The notes beneath the pieces are model-generated. The model made no database searches. It was not told the DNA's origin and saw only the letters and a program-made list of their open reading frames with translations. A stretch of DNA of 37,057 bases from a virus (lineage: Duplodnaviria > Caudoviricetes): positions 1 through 37,057 of the IMG/VR virus record IMGVR_UViG_3300025318_000025; one strand, given 5' to 3'. The position numbers and the translations under genes are program-made. Positions 1 through 9,448 of the stretch are shown here, piece after piece (position 1 is the first letter of the stretch; each line of letters starts with the position of its first letter).

Positions 1-12
1 AAGCTGGTCGAC

Positions 13-858
13 ATGAACCGGATCGTTGCAGCAGACGCACCGCGCGTGTTCCGTAACATCAAAGTGTCGGACATTGCTGCTGCGATCGCGAAACGGAACG
101 GGTTCGCGGGCTCGACGGTCTTCGTCGAAGATACCGAGCAAGTGCATGAACAGGTCGTCATGACCGTAGGGGAGAGTGAGGCGCAGTTTCTACACCGTCT
201 AGCTCGAATGGAGAAGAACTTCACGTTCTCGATCTCGGATAAGGGCTTTCACTTCGGGTCGGAACGCATCGACCCGCCGACAGAGACGATCGGGTTCTTC
301 TATGGCCCGGACGTACTGACCTACGAAGTCGAGGGTGATTGGACCTTGCCGAATCCCGACACAGTCGTGGTGTCTCGTCCGACAGTGGGCGGTGCAGTCG
401 ATAAGACTACAGGAAGGACCGCAGCCGGCCTTGTAGGACGCTTCGGCCGTCCCACGGCCGAGCGCGTACGATCCTTGTCCAGCTTCGACGAAGTCCTCGG
501 ACCGCCCTCGCGTACGGCGGACAAGATGGCGGTTCGTCGCCTCGAGAAAGCTGCGTTCAATTCGTGGAAGCTGAAGTTGACGGTAGTCGGTAACCCGCGA
601 ATCTTCGTGCGAACGACGCTGAACCTGGACAACTTCGGGCCGCTGCTCGACGGTCTGTGGCTGGTACGGAAGGTGAAGCACCGGATCGAATCAGGGTACC
701 AGACGACTGTCGAGATGGGACGAAAGGGACTCTCGAAGAGTACCGGTACGCCCGTCGTAGGTGGCTACACCGCCGGTGGGCGTACGCCGGGAGGCGGTGT
801 GCCCGTCGACGGCGGCGTAGTGTTCCGGATCGACCCGCGCCGTGCAGGGAGGCCTTAG
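13..858 (+). CDS. Phage baseplate hub / late control protein D-like (probably 5'-truncated by the window)
   Basis: 281-aa ORF with 'ESEAQFLHRLA' and C-terminal 'VGNPRI...LDGLWLVRKVKHRIESGYQT', typical of gpD/gp27-like hubs. It lies directly upstream of the spike gene. Confidence 0.8.
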   Translation: MNRIVAADAPRVFRNIKVSDIAAAIAKRNGFAGSTVFVEDTEQVHEQVVMTVGESEAQFLHRLARMEKNFTFSISDKGFHFGSERIDPPTETIGFFYGPDVLTYEVEGDWTLPNPDTVVVSRPTVGGAVDKTTGRTAAGLVGRFGRPTAERVRSLSSFDEVLGPPSRTADKMAVRRLEKAAFNSWKLKLTVVGNPRIFVRTTLNLDNFGPLLDGLWLVRKVKHRIESGYQTTVEMGRKGLSKSTGTPVVGGYTAGGRTPGGGVPVDGGVVFRIDPRRAGRP

Positions 859-1458
859 ATGGCAGCATCGCCTGATTCGGCCCGCGTCGACGCGCACTAT
901 GGGTTCTACCGCGGGAGCGTGACGAACGTGGCCGATCCACAGAAGCGTGGACGGATCAAGGCCCGAATCGCGGGCCTGATAGTACCGGAAACAGCTTGGG
1001 CCGACCCTGTCGGTTTCTTGGGGTCCGGTCGACGGGCGCCGGACCTGGGAGCGGGGGCTTTTTGGGTGCCGGACCCTGGATCTACCGTGGTCATCGGGTT
1101 CTTTCAAGGAGACCTGGACGCTCCGTTCTACCTCTGCGGTCCGTGGCCGAAGGCCAGCACGCATCCGCACGAGAATCTGGACATCGCTTCCGAGGACACG
1201 GATCAGGTATTCGTGTTGGCCAGCAAGAACTGGCAGATCATCGTCGACGATCGTGACGGGAAGGAGTCCCTGACGTTGCAGAGTCGTACGCACGACGACG
1301 GCATTCAGATCAAGGAGCTCACGAACGGGGACGTTATCGTGAACCTACGTGCCTCGACGGTGTTGAGTTTGCAGTCCCACGGCGCCGTGCAGATCAGCGG
1401 GACCTCTGTGAATCTGTACGGGGGGACAGTGACCGTGAACGGGAAGCGGATCGGCTGA
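859..1458 (+). CDS. Baseplate spike / gpV (gp5/Vgr OB-fold)
   Basis: 'FYRGSVTNVADPQKRGRIKARI...WA...FWVPDPGSTVVIGFFQGDLDAPF' is the gp5/Vgr OB-fold signature. SD GGGAGG upstream. Confidence 0.88.
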   Translation: MAASPDSARVDAHYGFYRGSVTNVADPQKRGRIKARIAGLIVPETAWADPVGFLGSGRRAPDLGAGAFWVPDPGSTVVIGFFQGDLDAPFYLCGPWPKASTHPHENLDIASEDTDQVFVLASKNWQIIVDDRDGKESLTLQSRTHDDGIQIKELTNGDVIVNLRASTVLSLQSHGAVQISGTSVNLYGGTVTVNGKRIG

Positions 1459-2189
1459 TGGCGATTCCCGAGTTCACGATGCCGAGCATCGACACGTTGT
1501 GTCCGGACACACCGCCGGCGGTGCCTCCGCTCTCGGTTACGTTTCCGGGCGGGGCTACGCTGCAGTCTTTTCCGCGACTCGAGGACATCACGGAGCCTCT
1601 GAAGGTCGCGAAGAGCCTCGTCGATCAGGCTGCACCGCTCCTGTCCAGCCTCGCACCGTTCTTCAAGCTGCTGGACCTCGTGGTGGCGCTCGTCAAGCTC
1701 GGACAGAGCATCCCGGACGCGATCACGTCGCTGTCCCCTCAACCGATCATCGAGGCTCTGCAAGAGTTGCTACCGAAGGCTGTGGCTGTCGCTTCGCTCA
1801 TTCCTCAGTTATCTGTCCCACTGACGATCGTAGGATTGATCGACACGGTCATCACGTTCTTGCAGGGGCTCGTGACGGAACTCCAACGGCTGAGCAACGT
1901 CATGGTCCAGGCCGACGCGGCTATTCAGAAGGGGATGGACATCGGCAGTCCGACACTGCAGTCCATTGGAACCTGTCTGCGTGCAGACGCGTTGACACAG
2001 ACGGCGAATCTCTCGGCGGGCCTGGGACCTCTAGGCAAGATTCTGGAGATCATCAATCTCGTGGGCAGCCTGGCCGGCTTGCCGGGGCTCCCCTCGATCG
2101 GGGACTTCACGGATCCCACCACGGGTGTCCAGGTGCTATCTGACTTCGTCCAAGTGATCACGGATATCCGCAACAACATTCCAGTCTGA
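1458..2189 (+). CDS. Hypothetical helical protein in the baseplate cluster
   Basis: 243-aa ORF with TGATG overlap to the spike gene; amphipathic helical composition. Confidence 0.7.
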   Translation: MAIPEFTMPSIDTLCPDTPPAVPPLSVTFPGGATLQSFPRLEDITEPLKVAKSLVDQAAPLLSSLAPFFKLLDLVVALVKLGQSIPDAITSLSPQPIIEALQELLPKAVAVASLIPQLSVPLTIVGLIDTVITFLQGLVTELQRLSNVMVQADAAIQKGMDIGSPTLQSIGTCLRADALTQTANLSAGLGPLGKILEIINLVGSLAGLPGLPSIGDFTDPTTGVQVLSDFVQVITDIRNNIPV

Positions 2190-2207
2190 GCTGGGGTAGG
2201 CTAGACT

Positions 2208-2219
2208 CAAGCACAAGGG
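2208..2219 (+). promoter_or_regulatory. Dispersed motif copy 1 (CAAGCACAAGGG)
   Basis: Intergenic, ending 6 nt before the gp25 ATG. Confidence 0.7.
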
Positions 2220-2225
2220 TAGAAG

Positions 2226-2645
2226 ATGGCGAACATACTCGCGACGGGACGCCAGAGTTTTCTCGGCTTCGGCTTGGTGCAGCCGTTCCGTCGTATTGGA
2301 GGGGCGGACTTCCAGGTTGCCGGGGGCGTGGAACTCGTCGCGGGCTGTGTTCGACAGATTATCGGCACAGAACCCGGAGAGGTTCGGTGGCGTCCGTCCT
2401 TCGGCTTCGAAGCGGAGAAGTATCGGCACAAGAACATGAATCCGGGGCTGGAGGAACTCGCGCAGGTGAAGACGCTGGATGCGATCGGGACTTGGGAACC
2501 GCGTGTCAGCGCCGCGACTGCCGAGGTCGAACGACTGCAAGACCAGCAGAAACTACGGATCAGGATTCAGTGGCACGTCCGTTCACGCAATCACCCGGGC
2601 AACAACGTCCTGCTCGATCCGGTAACGCAAGAGGTCCTGGCCTGA
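2226..2645 (+). CDS. gp25/GPW-like baseplate wedge subunit
   Basis: 'IIGTEPGEVRWRPSFG...IGTWEPRV' matches the gp25 family pattern (T-x-x-GER-x-x-RP-x-FG; WEPR). Confidence 0.9.
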   Translation: MANILATGRQSFLGFGLVQPFRRIGGADFQVAGGVELVAGCVRQIIGTEPGEVRWRPSFGFEAEKYRHKNMNPGLEELAQVKTLDAIGTWEPRVSAATAEVERLQDQQKLRIRIQWHVRSRNHPGNNVLLDPVTQEVLA

Positions 2646-2646
2646 C

Positions 2647-4191
2647 ATGACCATTCTTCCACGACCGAACTTCGACTACACGGACCGGGACTTCGAGTCG
2701 ATCCGATTTCGCTTGCAGGGGCTGGTGCGGTCCGTGTTCCCGGAGTGGACGGACTTCAATCAGGCGAACTTCGGAAACATTCTCCTCGAACTGTTCGCCT
2801 ACGTGGGGGACGGGCTGCATCACTACATCGATGGGGCTGGCCGCAATGCGTTCTGGCCCACGGTCGAGCAGCGCATCGCGGCCATCCGTCTCGGGCGGCA
2901 GATCTCGTTCAAGCTGACCGGCGCTGCGGCGGCGAAGACCGATGTCACGTTCTCGCTGCCGTCGGTCGCGGCTGTTCCAGTACCGATTCCTGTGGGTACC
3001 CGTCTCCGGACGAAGGACCCAGCGAATCCGATTCCGTTCCGTACGACGGCGGCCGCAACGCTTCCGATCGGTAGCTCCTCTGTCAGTGTCGCAGTCGAAC
3101 AAGCGGAGACGGCCCAGGTCCTGTTCGATTCGTCCGGTGCGCTCAATCAGGAGTTCGTCCTACCGCAAACACCGTATCTGGACGACAGCTTGGTCGTCAC
3201 GGCGACGGATGGAGCGTACACCGAGGTCGACAGCTTCCTGGGCGCGGGGCCGGGGTCGCGGGTGTTCGTCGTGCTGGTAGATCAGTTCGATCAGGCCCGG
3301 GTCCGCTTCGGCAACGGTACGACCGGTGCGATCCCTCAGGGAACGATCGTCGCGGACTACAAGACGGGGGGCGGATCGCAAGGCAACGTAGATCAGAATC
3401 AGATCGAGATTCTAGACACGACGCTGACGGACTCCGGCGGATCCGTCGTCCCGGTGTCCGTGACTAACCCCGTCGCGGCTTCGGGGGGACTACCGCGAAT
3501 GACCGTGAAACAGGCACGGGTCGCAGGCCCGGCGAGTCGTCGTACGCTCACGCGCTGTGTAACGAAGGACGACTTCGAGAACGTCGCGCAGGCTGTGCCA
3601 GGCGTCGCGCGGGCCCTCATGGCGACGTCGAACGAGAGCAGCGCCGTGCAGGAGAATACCGGAATCCTGTACATCATCGCTCGAGGTGCGTCGTTGACGT
3701 CTGGGCGCATCCAGGCGGGCACACCGTCCTCGGGACTTCTCGACGACGTCCTCACCGCCGTTACCGTGACGACTCCACAGACACTGACGTTCACGGTCAC
3801 GCCGCTCGCGGCAACGTACAAGACTGTAAACGTTGCGACACGCGTGCACCTGGCACGGGGTGCGACCGGCGCTGTCGTCGGGCCGAAGATCGCAGCGAAT
3901 CTGCGAGACTTCTTCGCGGTACTGGACGAGGACGGACTCCCCAACGTGTCCGTGGATTTCGGGGCGAACCTGAAGGATGCACAGGGCTTGGTCGTCGCGG
4001 AGCTCGCCTGGTCGGATGTGTTCAACGTGATCCGTGATACGGAGGGCGTGCGAAAGGTCGACGAGGGTCCAACGGGCCTGCTTCTGAACAGCCTTCAGCA
4101 GTCCGTCAGCATCGGGGCGCTGAATTTCCCGGTGCTCGGGACAATCACGATCACGGACGGAGCCACGGGACTCCCGGTTCCGACGGTATAG
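2647..4191 (+). CDS. Baseplate J/gp47-like wedge protein
   Basis: 'DYTDRDFESI...FPEWTDFNQANFGNILLELFAYVGD', 'FGNGTTGAIP' and 'RCVTKDDFE' motifs. Confidence 0.92.
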   Translation: MTILPRPNFDYTDRDFESIRFRLQGLVRSVFPEWTDFNQANFGNILLELFAYVGDGLHHYIDGAGRNAFWPTVEQRIAAIRLGRQISFKLTGAAAAKTDVTFSLPSVAAVPVPIPVGTRLRTKDPANPIPFRTTAAATLPIGSSSVSVAVEQAETAQVLFDSSGALNQEFVLPQTPYLDDSLVVTATDGAYTEVDSFLGAGPGSRVFVVLVDQFDQARVRFGNGTTGAIPQGTIVADYKTGGGSQGNVDQNQIEILDTTLTDSGGSVVPVSVTNPVAASGGLPRMTVKQARVAGPASRRTLTRCVTKDDFENVAQAVPGVARALMATSNESSAVQENTGILYIIARGASLTSGRIQAGTPSSGLLDDVLTAVTVTTPQTLTFTVTPLAATYKTVNVATRVHLARGATGAVVGPKIAANLRDFFAVLDEDGLPNVSVDFGANLKDAQGLVVAELAWSDVFNVIRDTEGVRKVDEGPTGLLLNSLQQSVSIGALNFPVLGTITITDGATGLPVPTV

Positions 4192-4194
4192 GCG

Positions 4195-5136
4195 ATGGCC
4201 GACCCGATCACGAACCCGTCGTTCGAGACCGCCGATGCAACGGAGCGCCTGCCGGCGGGCTGGATCGCCACGAAGACGTCTTCGGTCGAGCGCTTCGCCG
4301 GCTTCGGAGACGGATTCGGCTACGACAACTTCGAGCGCAACTGGAAGCTACCGGCGTCCCCTGTCACGCCACCATTCAATCAGGCCTCGCTATTCGAGCT
4401 CGAGCCCCCCAACGTCGCGTTCGCGCTGTTCAGTGGGATCGACAGCGATGAGGACTTCGAGGATGGCTGGGATAATGATGAAGGATTGCTAGACGATTTC
4501 GACGCCATCACATCCATCACAGCCGCCTTCGATACGACACCTGAGAACTTCGAAGACTTCGAAGAGGACTGGAAGTTGCCGAAGTCCGGCGGGGCACCGT
4601 TCAACCAGGCCTCGGTGTTCTCGTGGAACGACGTCACCGAGAGCGCGGCGATGTTCGACACGGGTGGTGAGAGCGTCGAGGACTTCGAAGAGGGTTGGCT
4701 CGACTGCGAGAACTCGATCTTCACGTTCGCGCCTACGGACATCGAAGCGACCGGCTTCGGCACAGCCGTGGCACTGGGGTCCTACAACTGGAGTACCAGC
4801 GCGTTCACGGACGGCAGTGCCTACACGCCGCCGGCCTACGCCGTGGTCACGTTTGCCGACGTCACGACGGCCATGGGCGTCTCTGGGAACACGCTCGACA
4901 TCGGGTACATCGACGGCAATGGTGTCGGTGGCGCGGATGGAGCCGTCACGATTCCCGCGACAGCTACTGTCGGTGTACGTGTTCGTGTGATCGAGGACCC
5001 GCTGGCGACCGGCGTGCGGGACATCACTTCCGTGACGGAGCAGACTCCGATCGGTGCACAATCGGGCGTCGTCACGTTCAACGGCTACGCGAAAGATGTC
5101 GAGGACTTCGAGGACGGTTGGACGTCCTTGCTGTAG
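4195..5136 (+). CDS. Acidic virion-associated protein with repeated EDFE(D/E)GW motifs
   Basis: 313-aa ORF within the baseplate operon; five copies of (E/D)(D/N)FExxW. Confidence 0.7.
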   Translation: MADPITNPSFETADATERLPAGWIATKTSSVERFAGFGDGFGYDNFERNWKLPASPVTPPFNQASLFELEPPNVAFALFSGIDSDEDFEDGWDNDEGLLDDFDAITSITAAFDTTPENFEDFEEDWKLPKSGGAPFNQASVFSWNDVTESAAMFDTGGESVEDFEEGWLDCENSIFTFAPTDIEATGFGTAVALGSYNWSTSAFTDGSAYTPPAYAVVTFADVTTAMGVSGNTLDIGYIDGNGVGGADGAVTIPATATVGVRVRVIEDPLATGVRDITSVTEQTPIGAQSGVVTFNGYAKDVEDFEDGWTSLL

Positions 5137-5151
5137 GAAAGGGTTCTGAAC

Positions 5152-5847
5152 ATGGCCGAAGCTGATTGGGGTTCGATGGCCGATGCCGTAGCGGGGTCGT
5201 CGATTCTGTCGGGCGTCTCCGCGGGGTTCATCGAACCGGCTGGAGGCGGAAGCTTCGTCTTCGGTTTCAACTCCCTGGTGTCGACCGCCGGCGTGGCTGG
5301 TCGATACGTCGATCTCGCGAACTTCAACCCGTACGTGAAGGGCGTATCCATCCGCGGCGCCCTGCGCCGCGGTCCCAGCGCTGCCGTCACGGGGTCTGCC
5401 CCCATGCTCTGGGCCGGCATCCAGAGCAATCCACCGAGCGTGAACGATCCGGGGTACCTGCTCCTCCTGTCCGACGCGAACCCACACGTCGTCGTGCTGC
5501 GCAAGGGTGATCCGTCCGGACCCGTATCGGCCACGGGAACAGGGGTGCTGGCCGTCGGGTCGACGTCCTACGAGCCGAACACCTGGCTCCATCTGCGCAT
5601 GGACGTCATTACCAACCCGAACGGCGACGTGGTCATCAACTGCTTCCAGAACGACCTTGCGTCGAACAACGTGACGAGTCCGGTCTGGGCCGCCATTCCC
5701 GGTATCTCGCAGGTCATCGACGACGCGTTGCAGGTTCTGACGGGTTCGGCACCGCTGGTCGGCGGGTTCGTGGGGTTCGCCTTCCAGTCGAATGGACTCA
5801 ACCAACGGGGCTACCTCGACCATGTGCAGGCGCTGCGACAGGTGTAA
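5152..5847 (+). CDS. Putative virion protein (beta-sandwich/lectin-like)
   Basis: 231-aa beta-rich ORF containing 'NTWLHLRMDV', in tail operon context. Confidence 0.65.
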   Translation: MAEADWGSMADAVAGSSILSGVSAGFIEPAGGGSFVFGFNSLVSTAGVAGRYVDLANFNPYVKGVSIRGALRRGPSAAVTGSAPMLWAGIQSNPPSVNDPGYLLLLSDANPHVVVLRKGDPSGPVSATGTGVLAVGSTSYEPNTWLHLRMDVITNPNGDVVINCFQNDLASNNVTSPVWAAIPGISQVIDDALQVLTGSAPLVGGFVGFAFQSNGLNQRGYLDHVQALRQV

Positions 5848-5853
5848 CTTCCA

Positions 5854-5865
5854 CCCTTGTGTTTG
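5854..5865 (-). promoter_or_regulatory. Dispersed motif copy 2 (CCCTTGTGTTTG on +)
   Basis: Intergenic. Positions 5849-5869 are a perfect 21-bp reverse complement of 25348-25368. Confidence 0.7.
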
Positions 5866-5874
5866 AGGTGAGGA

Positions 5875-5988
5875 ATGGACTTCGCGGTCGACCCGGAAAT
5901 CGATTACGATCTGGGAGAAGGCTTGCCGCCAGATGCGGGCGTGGATGCATTCGAGCTGACGCTCATCGACGGCGCGCAGGAGGTTTGA
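5875..5988 (+). CDS. Small acidic protein (37 aa), absent from the ORF track
   Basis: MDFAVDPEIDYDLGEGLPPDAGVDAFELTLIDGAQEV*. GAGGTGAGG lies upstream and the ORF fills the gap exactly to the next ATG at 5990. Confidence 0.6.
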   Translation: MDFAVDPEIDYDLGEGLPPDAGVDAFELTLIDGAQEV

Positions 5989-5989
5989 G

Positions 5990-6937
5990 ATGAGTTACCA
6001 CCATACCGTGAACCAGTCGATCGCCGGTGCTTCGAGCCTCATCCGTGCGCGGCTATACCTGTTCACGCTCAAGACACTGCTCAAGGCGAACGGCTGGACA
6101 GTGCGCGGATCGGGGACAGGGAACACCGGGTCGTTCGACAACGCGGGGGTGGACCTCTGGGTCACGGCCGCTTCGGTAGTGGGCGAGGGTGCGTGGATCC
6201 GTCTGCGTCACACAGTGACTGGCACCGAAGTCGTCTTCGCGATGCGCGATTTCGCGGGGGCCGAAGAGAATCTAGGGTTCCTGTGGAGTCGTGCGGCGCA
6301 GTTCTCAGGGGGATCTCCCAGTGCTACAGCCTTGCCAACAGCGACGGATCAGGTGCTGGTCGCCGATCGGACGTTGGCACACTGTGCACTTCCCACAGCT
6401 GACTTCAAGGCACAGTTCATTTGTGATGATGCGTCCCCGGCGCACGTGGCGTACGGTTCGGTCGCGGGACCGACGCTTCGCGCTTTGACGCTCTTCGACT
6501 GGTGCCAGAACGCTATCCCAGGCGATACGAGCCCCGGCGTCGGCTGGTGGGTGAGTGGGTCTCCACTCAATCTCGGTGCGACATTGACGGTAAACGCGAA
6601 CGGCGGTGGCTACGATTACGATGACACGATCGTGCTGAATCGCTCCGCCGGTACAGGTCTCAGTCTGGTGGAATGGCTATCTCTTGGTGTCAACGTGTTC
6701 GACACGATCCTGTCAGCGCATCCACGGAGCGGTAATAGGACATTCGCTTCTCCACTAGTCGTTGCCCTGTCCGGAACGTCTCCACACGTCAAGGGTACGA
6801 GTCGTTTGCTGCGCCAAGTCGCAACGGCCCTGAGTATGAACGACACGCTCGACAGCAAGAAGCGCTGGGTTCTCAGTAGCGCAGATGCTGCGTACAGCGT
6901 TCCCGGCGACGGCGTGACGACACCGGTATCGGTCTAG
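5990..6937 (+). CDS. Putative virion/tail protein
   Basis: 315-aa ORF with SD AGGAGG, in tail operon context. Confidence 0.65.
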   Translation: MSYHHTVNQSIAGASSLIRARLYLFTLKTLLKANGWTVRGSGTGNTGSFDNAGVDLWVTAASVVGEGAWIRLRHTVTGTEVVFAMRDFAGAEENLGFLWSRAAQFSGGSPSATALPTATDQVLVADRTLAHCALPTADFKAQFICDDASPAHVAYGSVAGPTLRALTLFDWCQNAIPGDTSPGVGWWVSGSPLNLGATLTVNANGGGYDYDDTIVLNRSAGTGLSLVEWLSLGVNVFDTILSAHPRSGNRTFASPLVVALSGTSPHVKGTSRLLRQVATALSMNDTLDSKKRWVLSSADAAYSVPGDGVTTPVSV

Positions 6938-6938
6938 C

Positions 6939-7706
6939 ATGTCCGACTACTCCTCCGAGGGATTCGTCTGGGGACCTGTAACCGTTCTTACGGACGTCGA
7001 TCCCTGGACCTACGATCTCGGCGTAAGTCAGGGGCGCATCCAGCCGGCGAACTGGACTGTGCCGGACGGGGCTTACGTGTTCTGTGCGGGTAGTGACCTT
7101 GTACCGGGACCGCGTTTTCGCCTTGAGCCGGGCGACCAGATCACACTCGAGCAATCCATCGATCTCACAGGCATCGATCTGATCGGTTCGCGCCTGCACA
7201 TTCGTCAGCCTTCGACCCTTCCGAGTCGGCGAGATTTGCAGGGTAGTCCTGAAGACGTACAGCTCTATGGAATGGGCTCTGCGTTGCTCTCGTCTTACCA
7301 GGCCGTGTCGGGGACGGTGGGTGGACTGATCCTCGCACCGAGTGCCACTTTCACAGCCGCTGACCTAGGACAGACGATCGAGATCACGAGCTCCGTGCAG
7401 CCTCCGAACGACGGCCGCGCGAACATACTAGGCATTGTGCCTCCAGCCATCGCGGGTCAGCCTGCGACACTGGTCCTCGTCGACAAGATCCTGGTCGACG
7501 AAGGCCCGACGTTCGGTATGAGCGTCGCACTGCTCGGTGCAAGGTACCGTGCAGCAATCTACGTAGATGGTGCACTGCGTCTCGAGACGATCGAGACGCT
7601 GGGACGGGAACGGGATCGCATCGATTTCAAACTACACGTGTCGAAGCTGGCCGGACCCCACGTGATCCGTTTCGCCCTTGAACTCGTTGAGGAACCGCAG
7701 GCCTAA
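6939..7706 (+). CDS. Putative virion/tail protein
   Basis: 255-aa ORF tightly packed between its neighbours. Confidence 0.65.
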   Translation: MSDYSSEGFVWGPVTVLTDVDPWTYDLGVSQGRIQPANWTVPDGAYVFCAGSDLVPGPRFRLEPGDQITLEQSIDLTGIDLIGSRLHIRQPSTLPSRRDLQGSPEDVQLYGMGSALLSSYQAVSGTVGGLILAPSATFTAADLGQTIEITSSVQPPNDGRANILGIVPPAIAGQPATLVLVDKILVDEGPTFGMSVALLGARYRAAIYVDGALRLETIETLGRERDRIDFKLHVSKLAGPHVIRFALELVEEPQA

Positions 7707-7707
7707 G

Positions 7708-9384
7708 ATGCTAGTCCCGCTCGGCGCGTTGTACATCGATCTCGTCGTACAGGAAACAAGTACGACGACGTTGCAGCTCATCGATCGGGATCCCGAGCCG
7801 GATTCCCCGCTCGAGGAGGAGCTCGGGGCACCACTATCGACGTCGATCCGACTCACGATCGCTGCGATGGGCAGTGCGGCTGTCACAGCGGCTTCGATCT
7901 ACGTACGCGTGAACGGTGGGGCCGAAGTACTAGCGTTCTCCTCTGGACCCCCGACTTTCCACGCAACGTACGCCGGTTCCAGCTTCGCGGAGCAGATGTC
8001 TCTGGGGTCGACCGTAGTGGACGAGTATGTGTTTGAGCTCGTCCGTGCTACGGCGTTCGCTTCCCAGGACGTCGTGGACGTGCGCGTGGAAGCGAGTGCT
8101 GACACCGGAGCGACGCTGAATGAGGCCTACACCTTCCAGATCGAGGACCTCACAGCTCCGGCAATCACCGAAGTTTTCACGCGCGGCCTGCGTCGATTGC
8201 GCGTGTGCTTCGACGAGCCGGTGGAACAGGGAACCGGCACGCGTGGCGATGCGCGGCTTCTCCGTGTACTCACGAGCGGCGTGGAGTTCGTTGCACCGGA
8301 CAGACTCACGACGCCGAACGGGAATTTCACGTCTGGCGACGTCGGGCTGTACGTAGGATCCGCACGTTGTGCTTACGCAGTGAACAACGGATACTTCCAG
8401 ATCGCAGCACTGGTGGACAGTCGAACAGTGCAACTCGATCGAAGCGTCGTAGCTGAGTTCGCTCCGAGCGACGCCGTGGTGACGCTGACACCGTACCGTC
8501 TCGCTCCCGTCGCGGCCGCCGCTGGAATCGTCTCGCCGGCCTTCTCTCCGATCGTGATGGAGATCGAAGCCGTTCCGTCGAAGGACCTCGTACCCGGCGT
8601 CGACGCCGCGGAGTACGTGGATCTCGTTCTGCAGGATGATCTGACGCCGGCGAGGACCTACACGCTGCAGGCTGAGGTGATCGACGACGTCCTGAACAAC
8701 ACCGGTACGGACCTGTCCAAGCAGTTCACGTCCGAGCCGCTACCGCAATCCGTCCGCCAACGCTACGCACTTTGGGATCTGATTCCGGAGTTCAACAAGA
8801 CCGAGGACACGACGCAGGATTTGGAGCGCTTCATTCGGTGTTGCGACGAGGTGTTCCAGCTGATTCGCAGCGAAGTGGATGGACTTCTCCGTATCACAGA
8901 CATCGACGCGATCGGGGACGTGTTGCTGGACACGCTCCTCGCACACCTAGGCAACCCGTACACGTTCGAGCTGTCCGCAATTGAGAAGCGTCGCCTGGCC
9001 GCCGTGCTCGAGGAGATGTACCGGGACAAGGGAGTTGAGGTAGGCATCGAAGCGGCCTTGCTCTTCTTCTTGGGCATTCCGATGGACGTACAGCCCTTCA
9101 CGTCGTTGGAGGGTCTCTGGATTCTTGGAGAGGGCTCACTCGGTGAGACGACCATGCTGGGCCCCGGGACGAGTTTCTTGCGGTATGCATTCCAGGTAGT
9201 CTCTCCTACAGAACTGACAGAGACACAGCGTTTTCGGGTTACGGAGATCGTCGACTACTTGAAGCCTGCGCACACCCACTTCGTGGCCTTGCTCGAACCG
9301 AGCACGGGCACACCGCCGACGCCCACGACATTCTGGGTGCTCGGTGAATCCTCCCTCGGTGAATCGACTGTCCTGGACGACTGA
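7708..9384 (+). CDS. Tail protein I-like baseplate wedge with N-terminal Ig-like domains
   Basis: The C-terminal half has P2 gpI-like motifs ('LLDTLLAHLG', 'EMYRDKGVEVGI', 'IVDYLKPAHTHF'). ATG 7708 directly follows the upstream TAA. Confidence 0.78.
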   Translation: MLVPLGALYIDLVVQETSTTTLQLIDRDPEPDSPLEEELGAPLSTSIRLTIAAMGSAAVTAASIYVRVNGGAEVLAFSSGPPTFHATYAGSSFAEQMSLGSTVVDEYVFELVRATAFASQDVVDVRVEASADTGATLNEAYTFQIEDLTAPAITEVFTRGLRRLRVCFDEPVEQGTGTRGDARLLRVLTSGVEFVAPDRLTTPNGNFTSGDVGLYVGSARCAYAVNNGYFQIAALVDSRTVQLDRSVVAEFAPSDAVVTLTPYRLAPVAAAAGIVSPAFSPIVMEIEAVPSKDLVPGVDAAEYVDLVLQDDLTPARTYTLQAEVIDDVLNNTGTDLSKQFTSEPLPQSVRQRYALWDLIPEFNKTEDTTQDLERFIRCCDEVFQLIRSEVDGLLRITDIDAIGDVLLDTLLAHLGNPYTFELSAIEKRRLAAVLEEMYRDKGVEVGIEAALLFFLGIPMDVQPFTSLEGLWILGEGSLGETTMLGPGTSFLRYAFQVVSPTELTETQRFRVTEIVDYLKPAHTHFVALLEPSTGTPPTPTTFWVLGESSLGESTVLDD

Positions 9385-9395
9385 GCAGAGGCTTC

Positions 9396-9424
9396 TTGGC
9401 GGGAGCAGCCTGACGCGGTAGGAT
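9396..9424 (+). promoter_or_regulatory. sigma70-like promoter TTGGCG-N17-TAGGAT
   Basis: Lies in the 64-bp intergenic gap before the tail fibre gene. It has the same -35 hexamer and spacing as the promoter at 19162. Confidence 0.5.
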
Positions 9425-9448
9425 AGTTGCAGCAAAGCGAGGACTTAC

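Noticed and set aside
4489-5823. Long antisense or alternative-frame ORFs (e.g. 4489-5823 -, 18292-19209 -, 33769-34767 +, 12822-13511 +)
   Set aside because: These are shadow ORFs expected in high-GC coding DNA. They overlap better-supported genes and carry no motifs.
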